The position numbers and the translations under genes were made by a program. From Planctopirus limnophila DSM 3776 (GTDB lineage: Bacteria; Planctomycetota; Planctomycetia; Planctomycetales; Planctomycetaceae), in the NCBI RefSeq assembly GCF_000092105.1, contig NC_014148.1, positions 3,510,001-3,542,000 on the forward strand: DNA of 32,000 nt. Direction: 5' to 3'. Each line of letters begins with the position of its first letter. The first letter of the stretch is position 1. Positions 16,348 through 25,218 of the stretch are shown here, piece by piece. The notes beneath the pieces were generated by a model. The model was not told the DNA's origin. It did not search any database and was given only the letters and a program-made list of their open reading frames with translations.

Positions 16348-17258
16348 TAATCGTGCTGATCGTCACATATAAATACGGGTTTAAATAGTGCCAACTGACC
16401 GGCATCACGAGCGATGGTCAATGTCAACGCTTCGAGATCGAGGCAATTGCCATCGGAACCAAAGGGGTCTTCAATTTCAACGCTAGCTTCTTCCATACCC
16501 AGCAGTGCCAGCGAAACAACAAACATTAACACAGGAGACCACCAGCCACAGCGTTCGCATAAGACAAGAGGCAAGGTGATTAAATAGGCGAGAATCAGTT
16601 GCTTGATCATCGCCACATAGATGAATGGCAAAGGTGTTTTCTGGATTTTCTCACACCCACCCTGAGCATCGACCATTTTGGAAAGCTGGTCTTCCATGTG
16701 GCGAACCTGCATCGAATCGAGCTTTCCTTTCCGATACTGCTCGCCAATCCAGTGACTGATGGCAGATGTGACCCCCGTGGGAATGTTTCCGAACCGAGAA
16801 ACCTGCTCGCAAAGTTCCGCTGGCAGGTAAACATCGACTTCCTCGGTATCGCGTTGACCATGCAATGACCGCCTCAGTGAGATCACATACCCGGCCACTA
16901 ACCTCGAAAGGGTTGAACCGCGCTCGCCATACTCGCAGCCGAAACGTACGAGATTTCGCGAACTGTTGATCAACTGACCCCAATGAGAGCGCCCTTCCCA
17001 ATAACGGTTATTCGAAGAGTTCATGCGGAAGACAATCAGGAATCCCAGGAGCGAACCAACGACGGCATGCCCCACAGGATCGATCCCTAGAAATCGCTGT
17101 TCATCATACAACTGGAGATCACTTCCCAGTTCAAATGTGGCCTGCACAAGCAGTGCATAGAGCACACAGGTGAGGACACGCCAGCCAGCTCGGGGCAAAG
17201 CGGTTCCGCGAAATGAAAATGCCGTCTTCCACCAGCTATAACGGTTGTATTCGATCAT
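16347..17258 (-). CDS. Bestrophin/YneE (UPF0187) family ion channel
   Basis: The N-terminus MIEYNRYSWWKTAFSFRGTALPR, two pairs of hydrophobic helices, and the family motif FRMNSSNNRYWEGRSHWGQLINSSRNLVR are present. 303 aa is the typical bacterial bestrophin length. Confidence 0.8.
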   Translation of the reverse strand: MIEYNRYSWWKTAFSFRGTALPRAGWRVLTCVLYALLVQATFELGSDLQLYDEQRFLGIDPVGHAVVGSLLGFLIVFRMNSSNNRYWEGRSHWGQLINSSRNLVRFGCEYGERGSTLSRLVAGYVISLRRSLHGQRDTEEVDVYLPAELCEQVSRFGNIPTGVTSAISHWIGEQYRKGKLDSMQVRHMEDQLSKMVDAQGGCEKIQKTPLPFIYVAMIKQLILAYLITLPLVLCERCGWWSPVLMFVVSLALLGMEEASVEIEDPFGSDGNCLDLEALTLTIARDAGQLALFKPVFICDDQHD

Positions 17259-17326
17259 GAAGGAGTTTTGCTCCAGGACTTCAGGTTACTCAGATGCCGC
17301 TGTGAGTTTTGTTTTGAATTGATTTC

Positions 17327-17354
17327 CGAGCTTATCAGCAATAAGGCTCGTTTT
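17327..17354 (+). terminator. Terminator-like hairpin plus T4 on the + strand in the bestrophin / SDR divergent region
   Basis: CGAGCTTAT-cagca-ATAAGGCTCG (one bulge) is followed by TTTT, ~185 nt upstream of the SDR ATG. The opposite strand has no U-tract. A second perfect hairpin (GAAATGG-ttcat-CCATTTC) lies at 17414-17432. Confidence 0.35.
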
Positions 17355-17536
17355 CGCCAGCAAGCCTCAAGCCAACAGTCAAGAAGGAATTAACCACCGG
17401 CAGGCATCCACTCGAAATGGTTCATCCATTTCAGAAAAGGTGTAGCCAAATAATGGCGAACGGGATAGTCCTTCTCTGTTGTCATTTCGAGACTTGGCAA
17501 GCGACAACCCATTGATCGACCATCAGGAAGATTCCC

Positions 17537-18304
17537 ATGCGATTTCAGAACCGTGTTGTTTTGATCACTGGAAGTGCGGCTGGGATTGGTGCCGGCTGTG
17601 CCCAGGTATTTCTGGACGAAGGAGCGAGAGTCATCTCGTTGGATCGCGATCAGACTGCACTGGAGAAATGGCTCGAAAACCTGGCTCCTGCACAACGCGA
17701 GCAGGTGTGGCCGATTGTCTGTGATGTGGCCCATACACCCCAACTGCAGAATGCAATCCAGTCGGGTATCCAACGTTTTGGTCGCCTGGATTGCCTGATT
17801 AACAACGCAGGGATCCATCCTCCCGCCTTGACGATTGCCGAAACATCTCTGGAACTGGTCGAGCACGTGCTGCGAGTCAACTTTATTGCCACGTTCGCCG
17901 CCAGTCAGGCGGTCGTTGAGGAACTCAAAAAGACTCGCGGCACGATCATCAATATCTCATCGATGACGGCGGTCCTTGGTCAGGAAAACTCAACCGCGTA
18001 TGCGGCTTCGAAGGGTGCCCAGGTGAGCTTCACCAAATCGCTGGCCCTGGAGCTGGCACGCTATGGAGTGCGGGTGAATTCCATTCTTCCCAGTAATGTG
18101 GATACGCCTTTGATGCGTTCCTGGGCCGCTTCTCTTGCTGATCCGGAAGCGGCTCTCGAGCGAGTGGCCCGCTTACAACCCTTGGGACGGATGGCCACCC
18201 CGGAGGAAATCGGAAAAATCGCTCTCTTTCTGGCCACTGAGGACTCCAGCTTTCTCACTGGACAGGCCATAGAAGCCGATGGCGGGGCAGCACTGGATTA
18301 TTAG
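17537..18304 (+). CDS. Short-chain dehydrogenase/reductase (SDR) family oxidoreductase
   Basis: Motifs seen: the cofactor motif VVLITGSAAGIGAG, NNAG, and the catalytic triad context SSMTA...YAASKGA. 255 aa. SD AGGAAG lies upstream. Confidence 0.9.
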   Translation: MRFQNRVVLITGSAAGIGAGCAQVFLDEGARVISLDRDQTALEKWLENLAPAQREQVWPIVCDVAHTPQLQNAIQSGIQRFGRLDCLINNAGIHPPALTIAETSLELVEHVLRVNFIATFAASQAVVEELKKTRGTIINISSMTAVLGQENSTAYAASKGAQVSFTKSLALELARYGVRVNSILPSNVDTPLMRSWAASLADPEAALERVARLQPLGRMATPEEIGKIALFLATEDSSFLTGQAIEADGGAALDY

Positions 18305-18326
18305 TTAACTGTGCAATCTCGATCGT

Positions 18327-19493
18327 TTACGTTGATAGCTGAGGCTTGGCCGGGGTTTTGGCTGTCGCAAGATTGCGGTTGGGCCATTGAGGATCGGGGA
18401 GGCGTACTGCGGGTGCATGCTTGCGGAGCATGTCATCGATCTCAGCCAGAACGCTTGGTGTGCCGTCATTTTTTCCACGATATCGTTCTGCGGCTTGCTC
18501 AAACTCCGGTAACTGCTCCCAGAACTGCAGCAGTTTCTTTGTTGAGAAAGATTCCAGTTCACAGGTATCGCCAGCACCCATTTCCCGCAGAAACCAGGCG
18601 TTGATCCGCTGTTCGAAATGCTGGCTCTCCGGCAAGGTCAGCATGGGTTTACCGAGATAGAGAGCTTCGCCGCACAATTGGTTTCCTGCGGCACTGATGA
18701 CTGCCCGGCACGATGCCAGATCGTCCAGAAATCGCGTCTCGTGAATCGGCGAAAAAACCAGATTGCCCTGAGAAGGCTGCTCACCCAGGCCATAAACTTT
18801 GACCTGACAAGGCAAACTTTTGAGAACATCGAGTGTGGCAGCCGGTGTTTGTGGCCTGAGATACGACAGCACAAAACCTTCTCGCGAAGTGCGACGCTCA
18901 GTGACTTCCCTTCGTAAAAGGGGCCCGACCTGCTTCACGAAGGAAAATTCAGGCTTAAGTGGCGGCGTATAAAACGACGAAGCCAAAGTGCGTTCGGCTG
19001 GTGCATAGAACGCCCAGACAGCCCAACTCATGGAAGAAGCGTGCCATTGCAAATCCCTGGGCAACATCGAGAAATCGCAGGCCCTCAACACATGCTGATG
19101 ATCGAGGATCATCGTTGGCAGACCTGATTTGAATGCGGCACGCGAAAGCGCTGGTTCAAAATCAATAATCGCCAGATCGGGTTGTTCGCGATCAATGAAT
19201 GAACGGATTTTTTTCACAATAGAGGGCATGGTGACAACTGCGTACTTCAAGCCTTCCCAGATCGAGCGACTCACATCCATGCGCGAATTCGTATAATGAA
19301 ATCGCAGCCCAGGGATACGCTCAATCTGCACTCGATCTTTGGCTCTCGGGTAAAGTGGCGACAAAAACTCAAACGCCTGATCGGGGGCAAAGACGGTGAT
19401 TCGATGTTCGTGCTTGAGTCGTTCGAGAAGAGTGCGGACTCGCACTGCGTGGCCACGTCCTTCACCTGCCAAGCTGAATACCAGATGGGACAT
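18327..19493 (-). CDS. GT-B fold glycosyltransferase (MurG/GT28-like or MGT-like)
   Basis: An N-terminal Gly-rich loop (FSLAGEGRGHAVRV) is analogous to GGTGGH of MurG. The C-terminal donor-binding segment is VISAAGNQLCGEALYLGKPMLTLPESQHFEQRINA. Acceptor and donor are unknown. Confidence 0.65.
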   Translation of the reverse strand: MSHLVFSLAGEGRGHAVRVRTLLERLKHEHRITVFAPDQAFEFLSPLYPRAKDRVQIERIPGLRFHYTNSRMDVSRSIWEGLKYAVVTMPSIVKKIRSFIDREQPDLAIIDFEPALSRAAFKSGLPTMILDHQHVLRACDFSMLPRDLQWHASSMSWAVWAFYAPAERTLASSFYTPPLKPEFSFVKQVGPLLRREVTERRTSREGFVLSYLRPQTPAATLDVLKSLPCQVKVYGLGEQPSQGNLVFSPIHETRFLDDLASCRAVISAAGNQLCGEALYLGKPMLTLPESQHFEQRINAWFLREMGAGDTCELESFSTKKLLQFWEQLPEFEQAAERYRGKNDGTPSVLAEIDDMLRKHAPAVRLPDPQWPNRNLATAKTPAKPQLST

Positions 19494-19718
19494 CGCTAAT
19501 CCCCTTCCATCGACCAGAAGTCGACGACTTTCTGATGGTCTGATCCTTCACTACACGACATAGTATTCCTCATCAATGAAGATTAAGGGAAAATCCTGTG
19601 CTTCTCTGATGAGTTTCGAGGGCATCTGAGACTGGATCACCCATCGCTGGAAAGGCACAATGGGATTTCCCTAAAACATTATGCCGTGGTTATTAACCCT
19701 CGATTCGAGAGCGTGAGT

Positions 19719-21086
19719 ATGCACCCAGCGATTGACTCTTCAGTCCTACAGACAACAAGAACTCAGCGACTATTGCGGATATCGGGCCGCCGGCGAGCCC
19801 CCTGCCAGTCGTTAGCACGCCGCCTGTTGAAGATCAGTTCCCGACTGTGTGCCATCCTGCTGGCCAGCTGGGTGATCGGACAGTCGGCGATGGCCCAGGT
19901 CGATGTCGAAGAGCACGACGTGATCGTCTTCTACGGAGACAGCATCACTCAAGGTGGCCAGTATGTCGATCTGGTTGAAACATGGCTGTTGGCTTCAAGG
20001 CCCGAGTGGAAAGGCCGCATTTACAATCGCGGAATCAGCAGCGAAACACTTTCGGGCCTGACAGAAGCTGATCACAAACCACCCAGGCCGTGCGCTCTGG
20101 ATCGATTCACGCGCGATCTTCCTCCGCTGAAGCCTGCGATTATTGTGAGTTGCTTTGGCATGAACGATGGCATTTACCATCCGTTCGACTGGAACCGATT
20201 CTTTGCTTATCGAGATGGTGTGCTCTCGATGCTGGATCGCAGCTTTGGAGAAGCTCTCGCGGAAGATGTGATTATTCTCACGCCGCCACCTTTTGATCCT
20301 TATCAGCGAAAGGCCAGCGACCAGAAGGCCACACATTTTGGCTATCGGTTCCCTTACCTGAATTACGACGACACTTTGGGAACCTACTCACAATGGCTGC
20401 TGACTCTCAGCGAGCGTGATCATGTCCATGTGGGAGATCTCCACAGTTCGATGAATGATTGGCTGGCCAGACGCCGGGAAGAGGACGTTTCGTTTCATTT
20501 AGCACCTGATGCCGTCCACCCGAATACGACTGGCCACTGGTTAATGGCGATGACTGCCGCGAAGATGCTCAGCCTGCAGCAGCCCGATGTCGAACGAGTT
20601 TTTGTCCCTGGTAACTCAGAGACGATTTACAGAGCGTCCACCACAGAAAACGTGCCGTGGTTTATTCCTGATGTCGATGAGAAACTTCTCGCCTGGCACC
20701 GTGAAGAAGGTCACCTCCCCCAACCTGCCTGGCAGGCCGATCTTTCAGAACTCGACGATGAACCCGATGATCGTCCTATCCGCCTCATGGCCAATGATGA
20801 TGAAGTCTGGCTGGGAACGCTGGGCCAGTTGCGCGATGGGATCAATCTGCCGAATCTCGAAATTCCACCACTGAAGGCCCGTGCTGAAAAGCTGCATCAG
20901 GCAGTGGCGACCCGGCGAAAGATTGAGTATCAGGCGTGGCGGCGATCCTTCGCACCCCAAAAAGAGACACCACCGAAACCCGAAGAAATGCCGGAAGCCG
21001 TTGCTGATCAGCTCGCTCAACTTGCGACAGTTATCGAAGTCCAGAGACTGCCGGTGATCATCAACTGGGTCATTGAGCTTCGATAA
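19719..21086 (+). CDS. Secreted SGNH/GDSL-family hydrolase with C-terminal extension
   Basis: Block I is VIVFYGDSITQGG, block III is FGMNDG, and block V is the DAVHPN context. A long Arg-rich n-region and h-region (LCAILLASWVIGQSAMAQ) suggest export. The ATG at 19719 is preferred to the GTG at 19686. The last ~170 aa are unassigned. Confidence 0.7.
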   Translation: MHPAIDSSVLQTTRTQRLLRISGRRRAPCQSLARRLLKISSRLCAILLASWVIGQSAMAQVDVEEHDVIVFYGDSITQGGQYVDLVETWLLASRPEWKGRIYNRGISSETLSGLTEADHKPPRPCALDRFTRDLPPLKPAIIVSCFGMNDGIYHPFDWNRFFAYRDGVLSMLDRSFGEALAEDVIILTPPPFDPYQRKASDQKATHFGYRFPYLNYDDTLGTYSQWLLTLSERDHVHVGDLHSSMNDWLARRREEDVSFHLAPDAVHPNTTGHWLMAMTAAKMLSLQQPDVERVFVPGNSETIYRASTTENVPWFIPDVDEKLLAWHREEGHLPQPAWQADLSELDDEPDDRPIRLMANDDEVWLGTLGQLRDGINLPNLEIPPLKARAEKLHQAVATRRKIEYQAWRRSFAPQKETPPKPEEMPEAVADQLAQLATVIEVQRLPVIINWVIELR

Positions 21087-21192
21087 TTCATGTCCCACAT
21101 TGCCGGGCACCTTGGGTGAATTGCCGGATCAGTGAAACGTCAGTCGATCTTTCTCGCGCAATCGAATTCTTCCCGCGAAAGCAGCAACCGGC

Positions 21193-21933
21193 ATGAAGCG
21201 ATGGCACATTCTCTTCGAGGACAATCATTGCCTGGTCGTCGAGAAACCGGCTGGTGTCTTGACGATGGGTGACGAAACTGGTGACGAAAACATGGTGCAA
21301 TTGGCCATGGACGACTTGAAAATTCGTCATCAGAAGCCCGGCAACGTCTATGTGGGACTCGTTCATCGACTTGATCGGCCAGTTTCCGGCGTGCTGCTGT
21401 TGGCAAAAACGTCGAAAGCCGCCTCAAGGCTTTCGGCACAGTTCCGCGAGCGTGAACCCGAGAAAGTCTATCTGGCAATTGTGGAAGGCCAGCTAAACCC
21501 AGCAGCGGGAGAAATCGTCGACTGGTTAATCAAAGACCAGGAGCGAAATCATACCCGGGTGACATCCCCTCAAACGCCCGGTGCCAAGCAGGCAAAGCTC
21601 CGGTATCGTCAACTCGAAACGCTGGTAACGCCTGAGGGAATACGAACTTTGGTTGAAGTGCAGCCGATGACTGGGCGCAGCCACCAGATTCGTGTCCAAC
21701 TGGCCCATGCAGGTGCCTCGATCCTGGGTGATCTCCGCTATGGTTCAAAAACTCCGCTGGGCAAGATGATTGCCCTGCATGCCCGGTCGCTGACCTTTGA
21801 GCACCCGGTTCAGAAGCAACCGCTCACGATTTACGCTCCGCTGCCCAGCGACTGGAAGCCTTTCATGAACCCGCTGCTCTGGGAAAAATTTCAGACGGCA
21901 GGAGAGAGTGCGGCAGAGTCTAGCCACAGATAG
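21193..21933 (+). CDS. RluA-family RNA pseudouridine synthase (no S4 domain)
   Basis: Motifs seen: FEDNHCLVVEKPAGVL, the catalytic Asp motif VHRLDRPVSGVLLLAKT, VYLAIVEG, TGRSHQIRVQLA and YG. Confidence 0.88.
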   Translation: MKRWHILFEDNHCLVVEKPAGVLTMGDETGDENMVQLAMDDLKIRHQKPGNVYVGLVHRLDRPVSGVLLLAKTSKAASRLSAQFREREPEKVYLAIVEGQLNPAAGEIVDWLIKDQERNHTRVTSPQTPGAKQAKLRYRQLETLVTPEGIRTLVEVQPMTGRSHQIRVQLAHAGASILGDLRYGSKTPLGKMIALHARSLTFEHPVQKQPLTIYAPLPSDWKPFMNPLLWEKFQTAGESAAESSHR

Positions 21934-22023
21934 TGGGCATGTTCTTGAAATAGCCCAGTCAGCGAAGTCAGATTTGCGGGTAAGTTTTCCCGTCATTCAA
22001 TGTGCAGCGAGAGATAGCCAAGA

Positions 22024-22053
22024 CATGCCTGCTTCGAGCTGCAGGCATGGCAC
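22024..22053 (+). repeat. Conserved GC-rich hairpin element, copy C (CATGCCTGC-ttcgagct-GCAGGCATG-GCAC)
   Basis: A perfect 9-bp stem with an 8-nt loop, in the convergent gap between the RluA-family stop (21933) and the GYF-protein stop (22087). Confidence 0.7.
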
Positions 22054-22086
22054 ACAAAGTAGAGTCAAATCGAGAAGAGATCGGAA

Positions 22087-23991
22087 TCACTGGGCACCAG
22101 AGGGTGGTTTGCCGCCTGCTTCCGCGACCGCAGGGGCTGCCGGTATGGTGGAGGGCACTCCGAGAAGTTTGGCAGCCTCGCGGAGATTGTTCTCGAAGTC
22201 CCGTTCTTCGTGGGACACCTTTGTCCTCGAGTTGCTGATCATCTTCTGCAAGCGGTCGCGAACACACCACAAGTGAAGTTGCTTGTAGGGGTACTTGCGA
22301 CTGGCTGAACTCTGGAGCTTATCGACGAAATCCTTGGGATATTCCTTGGCTGTGGCCTGTGCGAGTGCTTCCCACTCACCGGCCGGCGCCTTTGTTTCAC
22401 GCAACTTCTTCACAGTTGCCAGCACTTCTTCCAACCTGGTCTGTAATTGGCGATCGCTGCCCGTGCTGGCAGGCAAAAATCCCAGAGAGAAATAAATCCC
22501 CACGAGAGCCAAGAGCCCGACTGCCACAAGAGCTTTGGGAGACTTCAGGCCTTCAATGGCATCATCCAGCCATTCGGGACGCTCTGCGGCGACTTTCTTC
22601 TTGGGCGCTGGTCTGGCTGGCATGGGCCGGGAGGGAGCTGCTCCTCCAAAACCTGACGAATAACTGCTGGCTCCCGAGTTGTAAGACGCCCCTGAGCTGT
22701 AAGAGGAAGCCGCTGCAGACGAGGAATAACTCGATGCATTTGAATTCGAGTTTGAACTTTCGCTCGTGGCCTTCTTGGTGACTTCGAGTTCCGGCTCAGA
22801 AGCTTTTGCAGCCGGTGTTTCTTTGACAACAGCCGCTTTCGCTTCGACGCTGGCTGCTGGAATCACTGCATTCGCTGCAGAGTCAGCCGGCTTCGCTGAT
22901 GTTTTCGCTGTGGTGGTGGACGCAGTGGCCGATGAAGCGGCGGTAGATGAAGCTGTGGCCGCAACTGCTGGCTGCGGAGTCGCAATGGCAGGAGCGACAG
23001 GTGCCGAGATGACCGGCGGAACCAGAGGTGGCATCAGACCATTGATCGTCGAGGCGAGCACATATTGGCCGGCCTGGCCTTGACGCACATAGTCGGTGGC
23101 TGCCAACTGCCCGGCAGTTGCCCATTGTGTCAGTTGCGAGTAATCGACAGGGCCATATTCCTGACCACCGATCCAGGCGTACCAGAGATGATCGACGGGG
23201 GCAGGTGCAGCAGCTTGTGGCCACTGAGGGACAAATCCTGCCCCTGCGACAGGCATTCCATAGGCAGGTGTCGGTGCAGCGGGGAACCCGGCATAGCCAT
23301 TGACGGCTGGCCCACCAGGATAAAACGCGGGCATACCGAATGGTGGCGTGTTGCCAGTGTATCCCTGAGTGTCACTCCCCCGGCGGTTTTTCTTTTTCCG
23401 GCGGGATCGACGTGCATCGAATGATCGATCATCGTCCTCCTCGTCGTCATCAAACTCATCTCGAATACGGGATTTGGGAGCAGGTCTCGCCGATTCACGA
23501 TTCGATGAAGGTTCATTCCCGGGAAATGCCTGCATTTCCTTAGAAAGTCGGCCTTCGGGGATCTTGTGCTCACCTTTCTCAAAAGGGAGCACAGCCATCA
23601 ATCGGCCAATTGAACGTACCGCGCGCCACTTACCGGCTGCCCCAAGCTTGACTTCGGCTTCTGGCCCGAGCTGCCCCTCTTCCACGAAAGATTGAATCTC
23701 ATCAAAGCCCATCGGGCCCAGTTCTCGACCCAACACTTTGCAGTACCAGCCACTCTGTGCATCGCCCAGCCCATCGAGAGTGGCTCGCCCTGCAGACTCC
23801 AGGGTCTGGTCTTGAGGTGCGTCAAGAACCTCCTTGAGCGTTAACCAGTGCGATCCGGTCTCGGCTCGCACCTCATCGGTGTGCGATAACGTGCCGTTCT
23901 CCAGCAGCGTCACGAGCATTTCGTGAGGAACTGGACCAAATTCTTCGCCAAAAAGACGGTAGTACCAAGTCATGGCAGTGAGTGTAGGCAT
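22087..23991 (-). CDS. Membrane-anchored protein with three GYF_2-like (DUF4339-like) domains and long Ala/Ser/Pro-rich linkers
   Basis: Three repeats of the W-Y-x(5-7)-G-P pattern are present (WYYRLFGEEFGPVPHEML, WYCKVLGRELGPMGFDEIQ, WYAWIGGQEYGPVDYSQLT). There is a charged DDDEEDDD/RRSRRKKKNRR patch and a Pro-rich stretch. An Ala/Ser-rich low-complexity region follows. One TM helix (ALVAVGLLALVGIYFSLGFL) and a helical C-terminal domain complete the protein. Confidence 0.6.
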   Translation of the reverse strand: MPTLTAMTWYYRLFGEEFGPVPHEMLVTLLENGTLSHTDEVRAETGSHWLTLKEVLDAPQDQTLESAGRATLDGLGDAQSGWYCKVLGRELGPMGFDEIQSFVEEGQLGPEAEVKLGAAGKWRAVRSIGRLMAVLPFEKGEHKIPEGRLSKEMQAFPGNEPSSNRESARPAPKSRIRDEFDDDEEDDDRSFDARRSRRKKKNRRGSDTQGYTGNTPPFGMPAFYPGGPAVNGYAGFPAAPTPAYGMPVAGAGFVPQWPQAAAPAPVDHLWYAWIGGQEYGPVDYSQLTQWATAGQLAATDYVRQGQAGQYVLASTINGLMPPLVPPVISAPVAPAIATPQPAVAATASSTAASSATASTTTAKTSAKPADSAANAVIPAASVEAKAAVVKETPAAKASEPELEVTKKATSESSNSNSNASSYSSSAAASSYSSGASYNSGASSYSSGFGGAAPSRPMPARPAPKKKVAAERPEWLDDAIEGLKSPKALVAVGLLALVGIYFSLGFLPASTGSDRQLQTRLEEVLATVKKLRETKAPAGEWEALAQATAKEYPKDFVDKLQSSASRKYPYKQLHLWCVRDRLQKMISNSRTKVSHEERDFENNLREAAKLLGVPSTIPAAPAVAEAGGKPPSGAQ

Positions 23992-24351
23992 GTACGGGGA
24001 GCCATAAGTGGGCGGAGGGTCTGCACATCACACGCAGGTCCAGTCCACGTTTCGAGACATCCTATCACAAGATGCTGCTCTCAACGTTTCAAGACCCAAT
24101 CAATCGCCGGGCAAAAAATCCTTGAACGTATTTCGTCCCAGGAAACATTTTTTCCCGTCACTGATTGATTTCATTGTTATCTGCAAAGATTGAACCGCAA
24201 CGCCAAAAACTCGGCTTGACGGAATACAAATGGAAAATTCACATTGAATTCCATCAATTGAGTTGATCAAACACAACAAACCCTCCGAATCCCATGACAA
24301 ACAACACTACTCAAATGAACATCAGTAAATATATTCACACTACATCAATGC

Positions 24352-24393
24352 AAAAGGCGACGCGCGATTGAACACGCTGTCGCCTAGATTTTT
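24352..24393. terminator. Bidirectional terminator-like hairpin downstream of queF
   Basis: GGCGACGCG-cgattgaaca-CGCtGTCGCC (24356-24384). It is flanked by AAAA (24352-24355, giving UUUU on the - strand) and by TAGATTTTT (24385-24393) on the + strand. It lies ~120 nt downstream of the queF stop. Confidence 0.5.
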
Positions 24394-24501
24394 GGCAAAC
24401 TGTCGCACGGTCGATCAAGTCTATTGAGCTGACCCCAATTGAAAACCTGTTACTGCCGGGTGCACAGGACGGGTCGCGACCTCAGTCTTTCGTGTGTTTC
24501 T

Positions 24502-24888
24502 TCAGTCTTTTGCGTATTTCACGGTGACATTCGAGCGGATACCACCCCGAGGCGTGAACTGGGCAACGACTTCCAGACTCCTCGGAGAAGTCGCGGCCAC
24601 CAGATCATCCAGAATCATGTTCGTGACCTGCTCGTAAAACGCTCCATGATTGCGGAACGCCTGCAGATAAAGTTTGAGAGACTTCAATTCGAAACACTTT
24701 TCGTCTGGCACATAGGTAATCACCAGTGTGCCGTAATCTGGCTGGCCAGTTTTGGGACAGAGCGACGTGAACTCTGGACAAATCGTTTCAATCGAGTAGT
24801 CACGCTGCGGAAAGGGATTCGGAAACGTCTCAAGAATCCCCAGAAACTCGGAAGGCATAAACTTACTTTCAGACAAAATGCTTGACAC
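24502..24888 (-). CDS. queF: NADPH-dependent 7-cyano-7-deazaguanine (preQ0) reductase QueF, type I
   Basis: [50 protein letters not shown] and FTPRGGI are the diagnostic QueF motifs, including the catalytic Cys. 128 aa. Confidence 0.92.
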   Translation of the reverse strand: MSSILSESKFMPSEFLGILETFPNPFPQRDYSIETICPEFTSLCPKTGQPDYGTLVITYVPDEKCFELKSLKLYLQAFRNHGAFYEQVTNMILDDLVAATSPRSLEVVAQFTPRGGIRSNVTVKYAKD

Positions 24889-24945
24889 CTAACGGATGTT
24901 TACTGAAATCTGCCGCCCGGATTCCCACGCAAAACTGCTTATCTG

Positions 24946-25218
24946 TCAAGCGGGTGGTTCGGAGGGAGGAGTAAATTTCGGAGCACTGGCGACCACGGGC
25001 TCATCATCATCTTTGGCTAATGGCCGTGTTGTTTTCGAACTCTCCGGCTGAGTATAGACAGTACTCTGAATATCGTCCGTCATACCGGCCATCCCTTTTT
25101 TGAATTCTGTCAGCCCTTTCCCCAGGCTGCGAGCGACTTCGGGCAAGCGCTTGCCGAACAATAGGAGAGCGATGATCCCCACGACCATCATTTCCTGCCA
25201 ACCAGGTGCACCAAACAT
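24946..25218 (-). CDS. tatA: Twin-arginine translocase subunit, TatA/E family (90 aa)
   Basis: MFGAPGWQEMMVVGIIALLLFGKRLPEVARSLGKGLTEFKKGM shows the TM helix, the FG hinge and the amphipathic helix of TatA. Confidence 0.88.
   Translation of the reverse strand: MFGAPGWQEMMVVGIIALLLFGKRLPEVARSLGKGLTEFKKGMAGMTDDIQSTVYTQPESSKTTRPLAKDDDEPVVASAPKFTPPSEPPA

Noticed and set aside
18409-18432. Possible fourth copy of the CATGC hairpin (CATGCTTGC-gga-GCATG) at about 18414-18430
   Set aside because: It lies inside the glycosyltransferase CDS, has only a 5-bp stem, and lacks the loop and the GCAC tail. It is probably coincidental.
24889-24945. preQ1 riboswitch upstream of queF
   Set aside because: Only 57 nt separate tatA and queF. 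The - strand sequence shows no preQ1-I or preQ1-II-like hairpin plus A-rich tail.
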